Below are positions 32,265-42,844 of a stretch of 64,000 bases of DNA, in pieces (position 1 is the stretch's first letter; every line of letters begins with the position of its first letter). Both the position numbers and the translations under genes were made by a program. This stretch comes from Bacteroidia bacterium (GTDB lineage: Bacteria; Bacteroidota; Bacteroidia; 2-12-FULL-35-15), in NCBI GenBank assembly GCA_036399275.1, contig DASWNK010000084.1:8350-72349 (forward strand), written 5' to 3'. The notes below the pieces were generated by a model. That model did no database searches. It saw only the letters and a list, made by a program, of their open reading frames with translations, and was not told where the DNA came from.

Positions 32265-33737
32265 TCAATAAGCTCTGGCAAAAACAACACGCTGAACCGA
32301 TGGTTTTCCGCTGTAAATGCATTTCCCTTCTTCCTGCTTGTTGTTTAATGGGATACAGCGTATGGTCGCCTTGGTTTCTTCTTTGATCTTTTGCTCGGTT
32401 TCCGGACTTCCATCCCAATGTGCCATAATGAACCCTGGAGTTTCTTCCAAAATCCGCTTAAAATCATCATAACTATCCGCAGTATATGTCTTTGTTTCGG
32501 TCATCGCTTTAGCTTTCTGGTACAAATTGTCCTGGATCTGCTCCAATAAATGCGCTATTTTATTCTCCAAATCAGCCTGCTGAAGTGTTTCCTTTTCCAT
32601 TGTATCTCTTCTGGCAACTTCCACCGTTCCATTCTCAAGATCCCTGCCACCGATCGCTATCCGCACTGGCACACCTTTCAATTCATATTCCGCAAATTTC
32701 CAACCCGGACGTTGTGAGTCCCGGTTATCGTATTTTACACTAATTCCCTTGGATTCCATTGCCTTTTTCATTTTGGCAACCACTTCATTGATTTGTCCCA
32801 ATTGCTCCTCACCTTTGTAAATCGGCACGATCACCACTTGAAAAGGTGCCAATTTTGGAGGCAATACCAGCCCCTTATCATCGGAGTGCGACATGATCAG
32901 CGCGCCCATCAACCTGGTAGAAACTCCCCAGGAAGTAGCCCAAACATGCTCTTGTTTTCCTTCTTTGGTAGCATACTTTACATCAAATGCTTTCGCGAAG
33001 TTCTGACCTAAAAAGTGAGAAGTTCCGGCTTGTAACGCCTTTCCGTCCTGCATCAAGGATTCTATGCAATAGGTTTCTACCGCTCCGGCGAAACGCTCAT
33101 TCGCTGTTTTAATGCCTTTTATAACAGGCATTGCCATCCAATTCTCTGCAAAATCGGCATATACACCCAGCATTTTCTCCGTTTCTGTCACCGCTTCTGC
33201 GGAAGTGGCATGTGCTGTATGCCCTTCCTGCCAAAGGAATTCGGTCGTTCTCAAAAATAAGCGTGTTCTCATTTCCCAACGAACCACATTAGCCCATTGG
33301 TTTACTAATATTGGAAGGTCGCGGTAGGATTGGATCCAACCTCTGTATGTATTCCAAATGATTGTTTCGGAAGTAGGACGAACAATCAGCTCTTCATCAA
33401 GTTTCGCTGTTTCATCAACAACAACACTTCCATCCGGAGCTGTTTTGAGCCGGTAATGAGTTACAACGGCACATTCCTTCGCAAAACCATCCACATGGCT
33501 GGCTTCTTTACTAAAAAATGATTTGGGAATGAATAAAGGAAAATAAGCATTCACATGGTCCGTATCTTTAAACATTTTATCCAATGCTTGCTGCATTTTC
33601 TCCCAGATGGCATATCCGTAAGGCTTGATCACCATACAACCTTTTACAGCCGAATGTTCTGCCAAATCGGCCTTCACCACTAATTCATTGTACCATTCCG
33701 AATAATTCTCCTCGCGGGTTGATAATTCCTTGCTCAT
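32265..33737 (-). CDS. proS: Proline--tRNA ligase (archaeal/eukaryote-like class II form)
   Basis: 490 aa. The N-terminus is [35 protein letters not shown]. Class II motifs 2 and 3 are present, and the protein ends in a C-terminal Tyr (FARAY). Confidence 0.93.
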   Translation of the reverse strand: MSKELSTREENYSEWYNELVVKADLAEHSAVKGCMVIKPYGYAIWEKMQQALDKMFKDTDHVNAYFPLFIPKSFFSKEASHVDGFAKECAVVTHYRLKTAPDGSVVVDETAKLDEELIVRPTSETIIWNTYRGWIQSYRDLPILVNQWANVVRWEMRTRLFLRTTEFLWQEGHTAHATSAEAVTETEKMLGVYADFAENWMAMPVIKGIKTANERFAGAVETYCIESLMQDGKALQAGTSHFLGQNFAKAFDVKYATKEGKQEHVWATSWGVSTRLMGALIMSHSDDKGLVLPPKLAPFQVVIVPIYKGEEQLGQINEVVAKMKKAMESKGISVKYDNRDSQRPGWKFAEYELKGVPVRIAIGGRDLENGTVEVARRDTMEKETLQQADLENKIAHLLEQIQDNLYQKAKAMTETKTYTADSYDDFKRILEETPGFIMAHWDGSPETEQKIKEETKATIRCIPLNNKQEEGKCIYSGKPSVQRVVFARAY

Positions 33738-33865
33738 AATCTTTTTTTTATGGTATAGTATTTGTAACTTTATAGTTGAATTCAGAAGCGTAAAAATAGA
33801 AAATTAAACCTTTATCGCTTTATTAATCAGTATAAATCATCCCCCAATAATAAACATTAATTCCA

Positions 33866-35092
33866 ATGAAAACGTATTTAAGCATTCTAACATTAGGTTT
33901 ACTGGCACTTACTGCCTGCAATACCCCTGAAGGTGCTCAATCAAGGGTGTACAGCGATGATATTTATTATTCATCGGCTGATAAAGCGGCTGATAATGAA
34001 AAAAGACTGATAGAGGAAGCAAAACAGAAAGAGGCAGCCAGAAAACAAGCGGAAGAAGCGCGCATGGCCGAAAACAACAGAAAAACCGCCGCTCCGGCTG
34101 AAGACTATTATACTCCTACTGAAAAAAGTAGTGCAACCAACAATGTTACCAATAACTATTACGATCAGCCTTTTGATTACGACGACTATTATGAAGATGA
34201 GTATGCCGTAAGACTGAGACGTTTCCATAATAACTGCGGTAGTTACGGATATTATGATAATTACTATACCAACTCCTATTGGTATACGGGAAACCCATAC
34301 AATTACGGAACAAGCGTATACATGGGCTATAATTTCTGGGGCCCATCTTATTTCACTTATTCGTACAATCCAAGCTTTTATTGGTACTCCAACAACGGCT
34401 GGGGATACGATCCCTGGTATAACCCATACGGATACAATCCGTATAATTACGGATATGGCTATTATGGAAACCCCTATATGAACGGTTATGCTAACGGCTA
34501 TAACAATGGATACTGGGATGGATATTATAACGGCATGTATAACAACAATTATTTCAACAGCTATGATAACAATAGCTATTATTATGGCCCGAGAGGTTCA
34601 ACGGGATCTAACGGACGTGTAAGCTCCCAGCCAACTTTAGCCCACCGTTATGTGGAGCATCTGGAAACCGATGCCAGAACGAATCCGGATAAATATACCA
34701 AAGATGATTATGGCAGGATCAAACCGGTTTATGTTGCAAAGCCTGTTGAAAGGATTGACAATAATAAACCTGCCGGACCTGTGAATCCTTCTTATAAACC
34801 GGAAAGAGAAACACCGACTTATAATGAAAATCCATCGAAGGAAAGACCCGTATACAATGAAAGTCCTTCCAACGAGAAGCCGACTTATAAAGAAAAGCCG
34901 GTTCCAAATAACAATAATGAAAGATCAAAGCCTGTGGAGCAGCCTAAGTACGAGAAGCCTAAAAATGAATCGCGGCCTCCACGCAACGAAGCTCCCAAAA
35001 TGGAACAGCCGAAAAACAATACTCCTGCGCCCGCTCCAAGAGGAAACTCCGGAGGAAGTACCGGCTCTCCTTCAAAACCACCAAGACGATAA
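33866..35092 (+). CDS. Lipoprotein with Tyr/Asn/Gly-rich low-complexity core and Pro/Lys/Glu-rich repeat tail
   Basis: 408 aa with the lipobox LTAC. The segments are a charged helical segment (EEAKQKEAARKQAEEARMAEN), then a core of about 145 aa with extreme Y/N/G/W content, then short ~12-residue repeat units rich in Pro, Lys, Glu and Asn that each contain a TYN/VYN/TYK motif. Confidence 0.6.
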   Translation: MKTYLSILTLGLLALTACNTPEGAQSRVYSDDIYYSSADKAADNEKRLIEEAKQKEAARKQAEEARMAENNRKTAAPAEDYYTPTEKSSATNNVTNNYYDQPFDYDDYYEDEYAVRLRRFHNNCGSYGYYDNYYTNSYWYTGNPYNYGTSVYMGYNFWGPSYFTYSYNPSFYWYSNNGWGYDPWYNPYGYNPYNYGYGYYGNPYMNGYANGYNNGYWDGYYNGMYNNNYFNSYDNNSYYYGPRGSTGSNGRVSSQPTLAHRYVEHLETDARTNPDKYTKDDYGRIKPVYVAKPVERIDNNKPAGPVNPSYKPERETPTYNENPSKERPVYNESPSNEKPTYKEKPVPNNNNERSKPVEQPKYEKPKNESRPPRNEAPKMEQPKNNTPAPAPRGNSGGSTGSPSKPPRR

Positions 35093-35106
35093 ACCCATTC
35101 TGAATG

Positions 35107-35150
35107 TGTTGTTGGTTTTTACATAATAAGATATGTAAAAACCGACAACA
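35107..35150 (+). terminator. Strong hairpin terminator
   Basis: tgttgttggtttttacat (35107-35124) pairs with atgtaaaaaccgacaaca (35133-35150). The stem is 18 bp with one G-U pair, the loop is 8 nt, and a T-rich tract follows. Confidence 0.65.
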
Positions 35151-35173
35151 TATTTAATTTTAAAACTATTAAA

Positions 35174-36619
35174 ATGAAAAAACAGATTTTGATAATTGGG
35201 ATGGGAGTTTTTTGTGCTTTTTCCGCGCAAGCCCAAAATGATGTTGACGCGATGCGTTACTCTCAGATCACTTTCGGCGGAACAGCACGTTTTGCCTCCA
35301 TGGCTGGTTCCATGGGTGCACTTGGAGGCGACATTTCTACCCTGAGCTTTAATCCCGCAGGAATCGCTATATTTAAAAAGACAGAGCTTTCCATAACACC
35401 CTCCATCTTTTCACAAACAACCTCTTCCACCTACAACAATGAGAATTCAAGTGAACGAAAAACAAATTTCAATCTGGGAAATATCGGATTGGTTGCTACT
35501 TTTAACCTGATAAGTGATAAAAACACTTCCGGGTGGGAGAATGTAAATTTCGGCTTCGGGTATAACCGAATCAATAATTTTCACAACAGAATGCTGATTG
35601 AAGCGGATAACAAAGCAAGCTCCTTGCTGGATGTTTTTGTAGCCAATGCGAATGGGTACAGCCCCACAAACTTCGACCAATTCTCCACTGACCTTGCCTG
35701 GCAAACCTACCTGATTAATCCGGACTCAAATGGAACGAATCAATATAATCATGTGGTTCCAAACTACGGCATTCGTCAAAAAAAATACGTGGAGACGAGA
35801 GGATCCATGGGAGAAACGGTATTGAGCTTTGGAGGAAATTACAAAAGCAAACTATATGTAGGCGGAACATTCGGGATCGTGAGCGCTAAATACTTTGAAG
35901 AATCTACTTATGAAGAAACAGATGTAAAAGATAGTATTTCGGGCTTCAGCTCTTTTGCCTACGGACAAAACCTAAGCACAAAAGGAAGTGGAGTAAATCT
36001 TAAATTAGGTATGATCGTACGACCAAACGACTGGCTTCGTATCGGAGGAGCAGTGCATACTCCTACTTCGCTGAGCTTGAAGGATGAATACAGTAACACT
36101 ATGAAATCCGATTTGGATGGCGTTCTCTACGATACCGTTTCACCTCAGGGCTCTTATAATTACAGAGTTATCACACCGTTCAAAGCAATCGGGAGTGTTG
36201 GTTTTATTATTAAAAAAATCGCTTTGTTAAACATCGATTATGAATATATTGATTACACATATGCTCAGCTAAACTCCCATCCAAATGTTTTCAGCGAAGT
36301 AAACCAAGTGATCCGGGAGAAATATACTTCCACCGGAAATTTACGTGTAGGAGGCGAAGTTCGTTTTGATCCGATCAGCTTCCGTGCCGGGTATGCTTTG
36401 TATGGAAGTCCGTTTAAGAAAGATGAAAACAAGGATGCTTTCAGAAGCAGCTATACCGCCGGAATTGGTTTAAGAGAAGATCATTATTTTATTGATTTCG
36501 CTTATGTGCTTACTAAATATACTGAATATAATTACCTCTATAATACTGAAAAAGCAACAGCCGTTAAAAACGATTACAAAAACTCCAGCTTTATGCTGAC
36601 CTTCGGTTTACGGTTTTAA
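35174..36619 (+). CDS. FadL/OMPP1-like outer-membrane transport barrel
   Basis: 481 aa with a signal peptide ending AQAQ. The N-terminal motif DAMRYSQ..FGGTARF.SMAGSMGALGGD..TLSFNPAG resembles the FadL/TodX hatch region. Beta-strand periodicity is visible, and the protein ends in a C-terminal Phe. Confidence 0.55.
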   Translation: MKKQILIIGMGVFCAFSAQAQNDVDAMRYSQITFGGTARFASMAGSMGALGGDISTLSFNPAGIAIFKKTELSITPSIFSQTTSSTYNNENSSERKTNFNLGNIGLVATFNLISDKNTSGWENVNFGFGYNRINNFHNRMLIEADNKASSLLDVFVANANGYSPTNFDQFSTDLAWQTYLINPDSNGTNQYNHVVPNYGIRQKKYVETRGSMGETVLSFGGNYKSKLYVGGTFGIVSAKYFEESTYEETDVKDSISGFSSFAYGQNLSTKGSGVNLKLGMIVRPNDWLRIGGAVHTPTSLSLKDEYSNTMKSDLDGVLYDTVSPQGSYNYRVITPFKAIGSVGFIIKKIALLNIDYEYIDYTYAQLNSHPNVFSEVNQVIREKYTSTGNLRVGGEVRFDPISFRAGYALYGSPFKKDENKDAFRSSYTAGIGLREDHYFIDFAYVLTKYTEYNYLYNTEKATAVKNDYKNSSFMLTFGLRF

Positions 36620-36639
36620 AAAATAATTTGTTTGTGAGA

Positions 36640-36680
36640 AGCGCTCCGGGAATCTATTGTTCGGAGCGTTTTTATTTTTA
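36640..36680 (+). terminator. Rho-independent terminator
   Basis: cgctccg (36642-36648) pairs with cggagcg (36662-36668) and is followed by tttttattttt. Confidence 0.65.
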
Positions 36681-36683
36681 AAA

Positions 36684-36716
36684 CAAAAAAGCCCTTCTGC
36701 AATGAGCATAAGGGCT
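36684..36716 (-). terminator. Rho-independent terminator (bidirectional design) for the zinc-ribbon gene
   Basis: agccctt (36690-36696) pairs with aagggct (36710-36716), flanked by A6 and T5 runs. Confidence 0.6.
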
Positions 36717-36736
36717 TTTTAAATTTAGTGTATTAC

Positions 36737-37501
36737 TTAAGCAGTAACAGGTTTTCCGGTAAGGATCTCTGCATCTACCAAGATGCGTCCGCAATGCTCA
36801 CAAACGATCACTTTTTTATGTGTTTTGATATCTAAGTGGCGTTGTGGCGGGATCTTATTGAAACATCCACCGCAAGCATCACGCTCAACAGTTACAACAC
36901 CTAATCCGTTCATTACATTTGAACGAAGACGGTGGTAAGCATTCAATAAGCGCTCTTCGATGATTGCCTCAGAAGCTTTTGATTTTTTAACCAAAGCAGC
37001 CTCTTCTTTTTCTGTTTCAGCAACAATCTCATCAAGTTCTTTCTTTTTCAATTTCAGATCTTTTTGTCTGTCTTTGAAATCCTCTTCAGAAGCAGTGATC
37101 ACTTCTTTCTTGGAGATAATGTTTGCTTTATATTCTTTAATGCGTTTTTCAGCCAATTGAATTTCCAGGTTCTGGAACTCTATTTCTTTGGTGATAGCAT
37201 CGTACTCACGGTTATTACGAACTTTACCTTGTTGTGTTTCGTATTTTTTGATCAGGGCCTGAGCATCTTTAATCACATTTTTCTTTTCTGTGATGGATTC
37301 TTCCAGGCTCTTCAATTCTTCTGTTAAGTTATGGATACGAGTTTCTAAACCAGCTACCAGATCTTCCAGATCTCTCACTTCCAAAGGCAATTCACCTCTT
37401 ACAGTTCTGATCTTATCAATTTTTGAGTCGATTTGTTGCAATTCGAACAATGCTCTCAATTTTTCTTCTACTGTAATGTCGTCAGTTTTACTTTTTGCCA
37501 T
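36737..37501 (-). CDS. Coiled-coil protein with C-terminal C4 zinc ribbon (COG1579-type)
   Basis: 254 aa. A long heptad coiled coil is followed by CGGC...17 aa...CEHC. It sits in the classic position downstream of a Nif3 gene. Confidence 0.75.
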   Translation of the reverse strand: MAKSKTDDITVEEKLRALFELQQIDSKIDKIRTVRGELPLEVRDLEDLVAGLETRIHNLTEELKSLEESITEKKNVIKDAQALIKKYETQQGKVRNNREYDAITKEIEFQNLEIQLAEKRIKEYKANIISKKEVITASEEDFKDRQKDLKLKKKELDEIVAETEKEEAALVKKSKASEAIIEERLLNAYHRLRSNVMNGLGVVTVERDACGGCFNKIPPQRHLDIKTHKKVIVCEHCGRILVDAEILTGKPVTA

Positions 37502-37504
37502 TTC

Positions 37505-38599
37505 TTATAAATATTTAATTGGATTTGTATTAATTTTTGACAAATGGAGTGCAAATGTACTAAATTTTTTACTAAAAATCTCATAAAATAATTCCATTGT
37601 GTACTGTTCGCTTTCATAATGGCCAATATCTGCTATAACAATGCGGTTTTCGGCATCAAAGAACTGATGGTATTTGAAATCGGCTGTCACAAATACGTCG
37701 GCTCCGGCCTGAATGGCATTGTGGAGCAGGAAGCTGCCCGAGCCTCCACAAACAGCTATTTTATTGATCTTTTTATTCTTAAGGGCAGTATATCTAACAC
37801 TACCGGCTTTCATCACTTGCTTTAATTGCTTCAGAAAGGCTATTTCATCCATTTCGGTTTGCAATTCCCCGATCATTCCGGCTCCAACTGTTTTATCCAC
37901 ATTGGTTAAAGGAATGAGGTCGTAAGCCACTTCCTCATAAGGGTGAACCGAAAATAAAGCCTTCAGAATACGGGATTCGGAATGTGCAGGGTAAATGGTC
38001 TCGATCTTGGTTTCTTTCTCCTTATGCTGCTCCCCTATCTTGCCTACAAAAGGATTTGCACCTTCATTGGCCCTGAATGTTCCTGTTCCGGAAGAATTGA
38101 AGCTGCATTCATCGTAATTGCCGATACTGCCGCCACCTGCCGCGAACAATGCTGACCTAACAGCTTCCGCATGATCGTCCGGAGCAAACGTAATAAGTCG
38201 CTTTAGGGAATTCTTTACGGGGGCAAGTATGGAACAATTGGTCAATCCAAGTTTTTCAGCGATTTTGGCATTCACGCCATCCTGCATATTGTCGAGATTG
38301 GTATGTGCGGCATATATAGCAATATTGTTACGGATGGCTTTGATGATCACCCTTTCCACATAGTTTTTTCCGGTAAACTTTTTCAATCCGCCGAATACAA
38401 TGGGATGATGCGCGATTACCAGATTGCAGCCCATTTCAATCGCTTCATCAATCACAGCTTCCGTGCTATCGAGGCAGATCAGGGCACTGGTAATTTCCAT
38501 TTGCGGGTCGCCGCAGATCAATCCGGAATTATCATAGCTTTCCTGGTAAGCAAGAGGAGCAATCGACTCAAGATGATCAGTTAGTTCTTTTAATCTCAT
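37505..38599 (-). CDS. Nif3-family dinuclear metal-centre protein (GTP cyclohydrolase I type 2 homolog)
   Basis: 364 aa. The motifs are YDNSGL, VIAHHP, AAHTNLD and a C-terminal GHYESE, with an inserted PII-like domain. Confidence 0.8.
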   Translation of the reverse strand: MRLKELTDHLESIAPLAYQESYDNSGLICGDPQMEITSALICLDSTEAVIDEAIEMGCNLVIAHHPIVFGGLKKFTGKNYVERVIIKAIRNNIAIYAAHTNLDNMQDGVNAKIAEKLGLTNCSILAPVKNSLKRLITFAPDDHAEAVRSALFAAGGGSIGNYDECSFNSSGTGTFRANEGANPFVGKIGEQHKEKETKIETIYPAHSESRILKALFSVHPYEEVAYDLIPLTNVDKTVGAGMIGELQTEMDEIAFLKQLKQVMKAGSVRYTALKNKKINKIAVCGGSGSFLLHNAIQAGADVFVTADFKYHQFFDAENRIVIADIGHYESEQYTMELFYEIFSKKFSTFALHLSKINTNPIKYL

Positions 38600-38743
38600 A
38601 ATACTATAAATTACTAATTTTTACGAATATACAAATCTGCCGGCTAATGGAGCATTGATCAAAGGAAAAGGTATAAATTAATGCGTCGTCACGCTGGATT
38701 TCACCATTCTGTATTCTTCCGTTAATTTTTGTATTTTAGGGCT

Positions 38744-39838
38744 GTGAAGATTTTGAAGATCCTCTTATTCCCGGTCTCTTTATTATATGGGTGTATCGTA
38801 TTCCTGCGAAACAAGCTGTATGATCTGAGGATTTTCCGTTCCAGCAAATTTGAGCTTCCTACCATCTCGGTAGGAAACCTTACCATGGGCGGCACGGGCA
38901 AAACACCTCACATCGAATACCTGGTCAGGATCCTGAAACCTGAATTTTACATTGCGACCCTTAGCCGGGGATATGGGAGGAAAACAAATGGCTACGTGCT
39001 TTCCGACACACAATCAACTGCAAGCGACATTGGCGATGAGCCTTTGCAATTCAAAAAAAAATTCAATGGCTTACGGGTAGCTGTGGATGGTAACCGTGTG
39101 CGGGGAATAAAAAATTTACTTAAAGAATTCCCTTCGCTTCAAACCATTTTACTGGATGATGCTTTTCAGCACCGCGCTGTAAAGCCTGGACTTTCCATTG
39201 TTTTGAGTGATTTCAGCAAGCTGTACATGAATGACCATATGGTTCCGACCGGCAGCCTGCGGGAGTTTCGCAGTGGCATTAAACGAGCCGATATCATCAT
39301 CATTACCAAATGTCCGCAAATCCTATTACCCATCGAACGCAAACGATTGATGGAAGAAATCAAGCCATTGCCGCACCAGAAAGTATATTTCTCCTATATA
39401 AAATACGGTGACTTTATCCCGGTAAATGCCTGTGCAACCAATCCGCTTGCAAAGGAATTTTATTTTGAGCGGAATTTTGCCATGGTATTGCTTACCGGAA
39501 TAGCGAATACAAGGCCTTTGGAGTACTACCTCAAGGACAAAGTAAAAAACATCACACCCATAAAGTTTCAAGACCATCATCATTTTACAAAAGAGGATTT
39601 AAAAAATATCCAGAAAATATTTAATAACATTGCATCCGCAAATAAGATCATATTGACCACAGAAAAAGATGCGATGCGATTAAAAAGCGCGGAGTATGCG
39701 GAAGCGATAAAGAACCTTCCTCTTTTCTACATTCCAATAGAGATCGATTTTCATAATAAAGACAGTCAGGAATTCAACGAACAAATACTCCATTATGTTA
39801 GAACAAATCAAAAGCACAGCGGCATACATCCAAAGTAA
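38744..39838 (+). CDS. lpxK: Tetraacyldisaccharide 4'-kinase
   Basis: The N-terminus LLFPVSLLYGCIVFLRNKLYD, the P-loop GNLTMGGTGKTP and the LDDAFQHR motif are present. The start is uncertain: GTG 38744 is preferred over TTG 38729. Confidence 0.8.
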   Translation: MKILKILLFPVSLLYGCIVFLRNKLYDLRIFRSSKFELPTISVGNLTMGGTGKTPHIEYLVRILKPEFYIATLSRGYGRKTNGYVLSDTQSTASDIGDEPLQFKKKFNGLRVAVDGNRVRGIKNLLKEFPSLQTILLDDAFQHRAVKPGLSIVLSDFSKLYMNDHMVPTGSLREFRSGIKRADIIIITKCPQILLPIERKRLMEEIKPLPHQKVYFSYIKYGDFIPVNACATNPLAKEFYFERNFAMVLLTGIANTRPLEYYLKDKVKNITPIKFQDHHHFTKEDLKNIQKIFNNIASANKIILTTEKDAMRLKSAEYAEAIKNLPLFYIPIEIDFHNKDSQEFNEQILHYVRTNQKHSGIHPK

Positions 39839-40607
39839 AATTTCTTTCCAACCCGAAATAGGGATCATTCTCGGAACCGGACTGGGAGGCCTAGTGCAGG
39901 AGATCAACATCAAGCATACTATTTCTTATGAAGACATTCCGAATTTCCCCGTTTCAACAGTCGATGGGCATTCCGGCAAACTGATTTTTGGTGAGCTGGG
40001 TGGTAAAAACGTGGTGGCCATGCAGGGACGTTTTCATTATTATGAGGGTTACACTTTACAGCAGGTAACTTTCCCTGTTCGTGTAATGAAATTGCTTGGC
40101 ATCCAAAAGCTATTTGTTTCCAATGCTTCGGGCGGCGTGAATCCCGATTTTGAGATCGGTGATTTAATGATCATCAATGACCACATCAATTTCTTTCCTG
40201 CAAATCCATTGATCGGCAAAAATATAAAAGAGATGGGGCCTCGTTTCCCGGATATGAGTGAAGCGTATAACAAGGCAATCATTGTAAAGGCGAAGAAAGT
40301 TGCAGCAGCCAATAATATTAAAGTACAAGAAGGCGTTTATCTCGGGTTATCAGGTCCAACCTTTGAAACCCCTGCCGAATACAAAATGGTTCGTATCCTG
40401 GGTGCTGATGCTGTTGGAATGAGCACCGTGCCTGAAGTAATTGTTGCGCGCCACATGGACATCCCTTGCTTTGCAATGTCGATCATTACCGACCTAGGCG
40501 TACCCGGAAAGATTGTAGAAGTGACCCACGAAGAAGTGCAACAAGTGGCTGCGCAGGCAGAAAAGAAAATGACAGTGATCATGAAAGAGCTGATGAAAGA
40601 GTTGTAA
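39795..40607 (+). CDS. Purine nucleoside phosphorylase (PNP family 2, inosine/guanosine type)
   Basis: 270 aa. The motifs are GIILGTGLG, GRFHYYEG, GPTFETPAE and GADAVGMSTVPE. It overlaps the lpxK 3' end by 44 nt. Confidence 0.85.
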   Translation: MLEQIKSTAAYIQSKISFQPEIGIILGTGLGGLVQEINIKHTISYEDIPNFPVSTVDGHSGKLIFGELGGKNVVAMQGRFHYYEGYTLQQVTFPVRVMKLLGIQKLFVSNASGGVNPDFEIGDLMIINDHINFFPANPLIGKNIKEMGPRFPDMSEAYNKAIIVKAKKVAAANNIKVQEGVYLGLSGPTFETPAEYKMVRILGADAVGMSTVPEVIVARHMDIPCFAMSIITDLGVPGKIVEVTHEEVQQVAAQAEKKMTVIMKELMKEL

Positions 40608-40643
40608 AGAAACTTTCATTTTTGATTTCTTTCACTGAACTTT

Positions 40644-41330
40644 ATGCTAATACAAATTCCCATGCAAAAGTTCCTATTTAGCTTACTCGTCGTTATCACC
40701 TCTTGCACGGCAAATGCGCCGGCCCAATCTTATGATGAATTCAAAGCAAACATTCTCAAAACCAGAGAAGTGATTCAACAAAGCTATATGGCTGCCGACA
40801 GTTCCGGCAAGGATTCCATCATTACCTACTCTCAGGTATTTCTCAGAAACATGAGCCAGGAAATATTCACCTATTGGTATAATACCGAATGGGATTTTAA
40901 TGGCATTACTCAGAAACCAAAAACCGGAAAAATCGCTTGCGGTTATTTTGTTACTACTGTGATCCGGGATCTCGGATTTAACATTCCTCGTTCCACCTGG
41001 GCACAATTGGCATCAGAAACGATGATCAAAAAATTAAATCCTTCTGTAAAAAAATATTCCAACAAATCCATTGAGGTCGTGATCGACTATTTCAAGAACC
41101 GACCGGATGGCATTTACATTGTGGGATTGGATACACATGTGGGCTTTGTGAGCAAGGAAGGAAAACAAATCAAATTTATTCATTCCAGCTATTACAAACC
41201 GAAGATTGGAGTGATGAGTGAAAGCCTCAAAGGGAATAATCCTATTAATGATGCGAGCTACCGGGTGATCGGGCAAATTTTCCATTACGAGATGACAAAA
41301 AAATGGATACTGAATGAAAAGTACGAATAG
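40644..41330 (+). CDS. Lipoprotein, possible NlpC/P60-like papain-fold enzyme
   Basis: 228 aa with the lipobox ITSC. An alternative start is ATG 40662. The order Cys (IACGYF) ... His (THVGFV) ... His (FIHSS) resembles the NlpC/P60 catalytic arrangement. This is a weak call by eye only. Confidence 0.3.
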   Translation: MLIQIPMQKFLFSLLVVITSCTANAPAQSYDEFKANILKTREVIQQSYMAADSSGKDSIITYSQVFLRNMSQEIFTYWYNTEWDFNGITQKPKTGKIACGYFVTTVIRDLGFNIPRSTWAQLASETMIKKLNPSVKKYSNKSIEVVIDYFKNRPDGIYIVGLDTHVGFVSKEGKQIKFIHSSYYKPKIGVMSESLKGNNPINDASYRVIGQIFHYEMTKKWILNEKYE

Positions 41331-41361
41331 TTTAAGTATCTTTATAATAGAAACAATTACC

Positions 41362-42786
41362 ATGAAAAAAAATTACATTTTCCTTTTGATCTTTATGCTC
41401 ATCGCTTCTATCAATGTGAAAGCGCAATACAGCTCACAAAACATTTCCCTTTTGGGACACTGGTTTAATCCTGCGCAATTGCCGGAACCATCTTATGGTA
41501 TTAAATACAACAGTGTCTGGGGCTGGGTTGACACCTCCGATTCCAATCGTGAATACGCCATATTAGGTTCCGGAAACGGTACTCATTTCATTGATGTTTC
41601 CAATCCGGTATTACCGGTAGAAATTGATTTTGTAGCGGGAAGAAGAAACCAGGTGATCTGGAGAGAATACAAAACCTATGGAAAATATTTGTATGCAATC
41701 AGCGATGATGGAGCTCCAAATAGTTTTCAGATCATTGACATGAGCTATTTACCAGATTCGGTGCATGTGGTGTACGACGATGTAACATTGTTTGAGCGTT
41801 CCCATACTTTATTCATTGATGGCGATAAATTATATTGCGGTAGTGTAACGCAACCATCAGGAGGAAGCTATTTCTCTATGGCAGTATACAGTCTTGCCAA
41901 CCCTGAGCTTCCTGTTTTCCTTCGCGCATTAAATTCTGATGACCCTTCCATCACGCATGCACATGATATGCTGGTGCGCAATGATACCATTTATGCCTCC
42001 TGCGGTTACCAGGGACTTTACATTTACAAATACAATTCTACAGCTAATTTGTTTACTCCGATCAATTCGCTTGCGACTTATCCCGACCAGGGATATAACC
42101 ACAGCAGCGCGATCACACCAAACGGACGCACATTGGTGTTTTGCGATGAAGTACCTGCAAACAAAGCTGTACGTGTGCTCGACATTTCCGACATTTCTAA
42201 CATATCCATTGCCAGCACTTTCAAATCGAATGAAGGAGCTACCGCTCATAATCCATACATGTGGGGAACCAACCGAGTGGTAATTGCTTATTACCAGGAT
42301 GGATTACAGATCTATGATATCAGCAATCCGGCTTCACCAAGTCGCACGGGCTACTTTGATACCGACACCATTCACGGATTGAATGACGGATATCCCACAT
42401 CCAATACGTATCACGGTGCATGGGGTGCTTATATTGATCTGCCGAGCGGCAACTTCCTCGTTGGAGATATGCAAAATGGCTTATATGTATTAGATGCCAA
42501 TCTTGCATTAGGCGTTCATGAAAACAATATCACAGCGAATAGCATTTCGATGTTTCCCAACCCAGCCGGAAATTATATTTCTGTCTCTGTAAAGCTGAGC
42601 AGTTCCGAAGAATTCACGTTTGAAGTGTTTGATATAAGCGGAAGAAAAGTATACAGCAAACAAGAAATGGTTTTTGCCGGAAACACTGTAAAAGCTATTC
42701 CATTAAGCCAGTTCAGCAATGGAATTTATGTGCTGAAAGTAAATGGCAAGGACATTCATTTCTCAGAGAAGTTCATCAAGCAGTAA
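41362..42786 (+). CDS. LVIVD-repeat/beta-propeller-like secreted protein with T9SS C-terminal sorting domain
   Basis: The start is at ATG 41362 (MKKNYIFLL...), giving a signal peptide. Repeated propeller-like blades are present (YLYAISD...FQIIDMS, GLYIYKY, GLQIYDIS, GLYVLD). The C-terminus reads MFPNPAGNYISVSV...GIYVLKVNG. Confidence 0.6.
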   Translation: MKKNYIFLLIFMLIASINVKAQYSSQNISLLGHWFNPAQLPEPSYGIKYNSVWGWVDTSDSNREYAILGSGNGTHFIDVSNPVLPVEIDFVAGRRNQVIWREYKTYGKYLYAISDDGAPNSFQIIDMSYLPDSVHVVYDDVTLFERSHTLFIDGDKLYCGSVTQPSGGSYFSMAVYSLANPELPVFLRALNSDDPSITHAHDMLVRNDTIYASCGYQGLYIYKYNSTANLFTPINSLATYPDQGYNHSSAITPNGRTLVFCDEVPANKAVRVLDISDISNISIASTFKSNEGATAHNPYMWGTNRVVIAYYQDGLQIYDISNPASPSRTGYFDTDTIHGLNDGYPTSNTYHGAWGAYIDLPSGNFLVGDMQNGLYVLDANLALGVHENNITANSISMFPNPAGNYISVSVKLSSSEEFTFEVFDISGRKVYSKQEMVFAGNTVKAIPLSQFSNGIYVLKVNGKDIHFSEKFIKQ

Positions 42787-42805
42787 GAAACTTAAACAAA
42801 TAAAA

Positions 42806-42838
42806 AAGCTTCGGAATTATTTTTCCGAAGCTTTTTTT
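42806..42838. terminator. Bidirectional rho-independent terminator
   Basis: aagcttcgga (42806-42815) pairs with tccgaagctt (42824-42833), flanked by A6 and T7 runs. Confidence 0.7.
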
Positions 42839-42844
42839 CTGATT

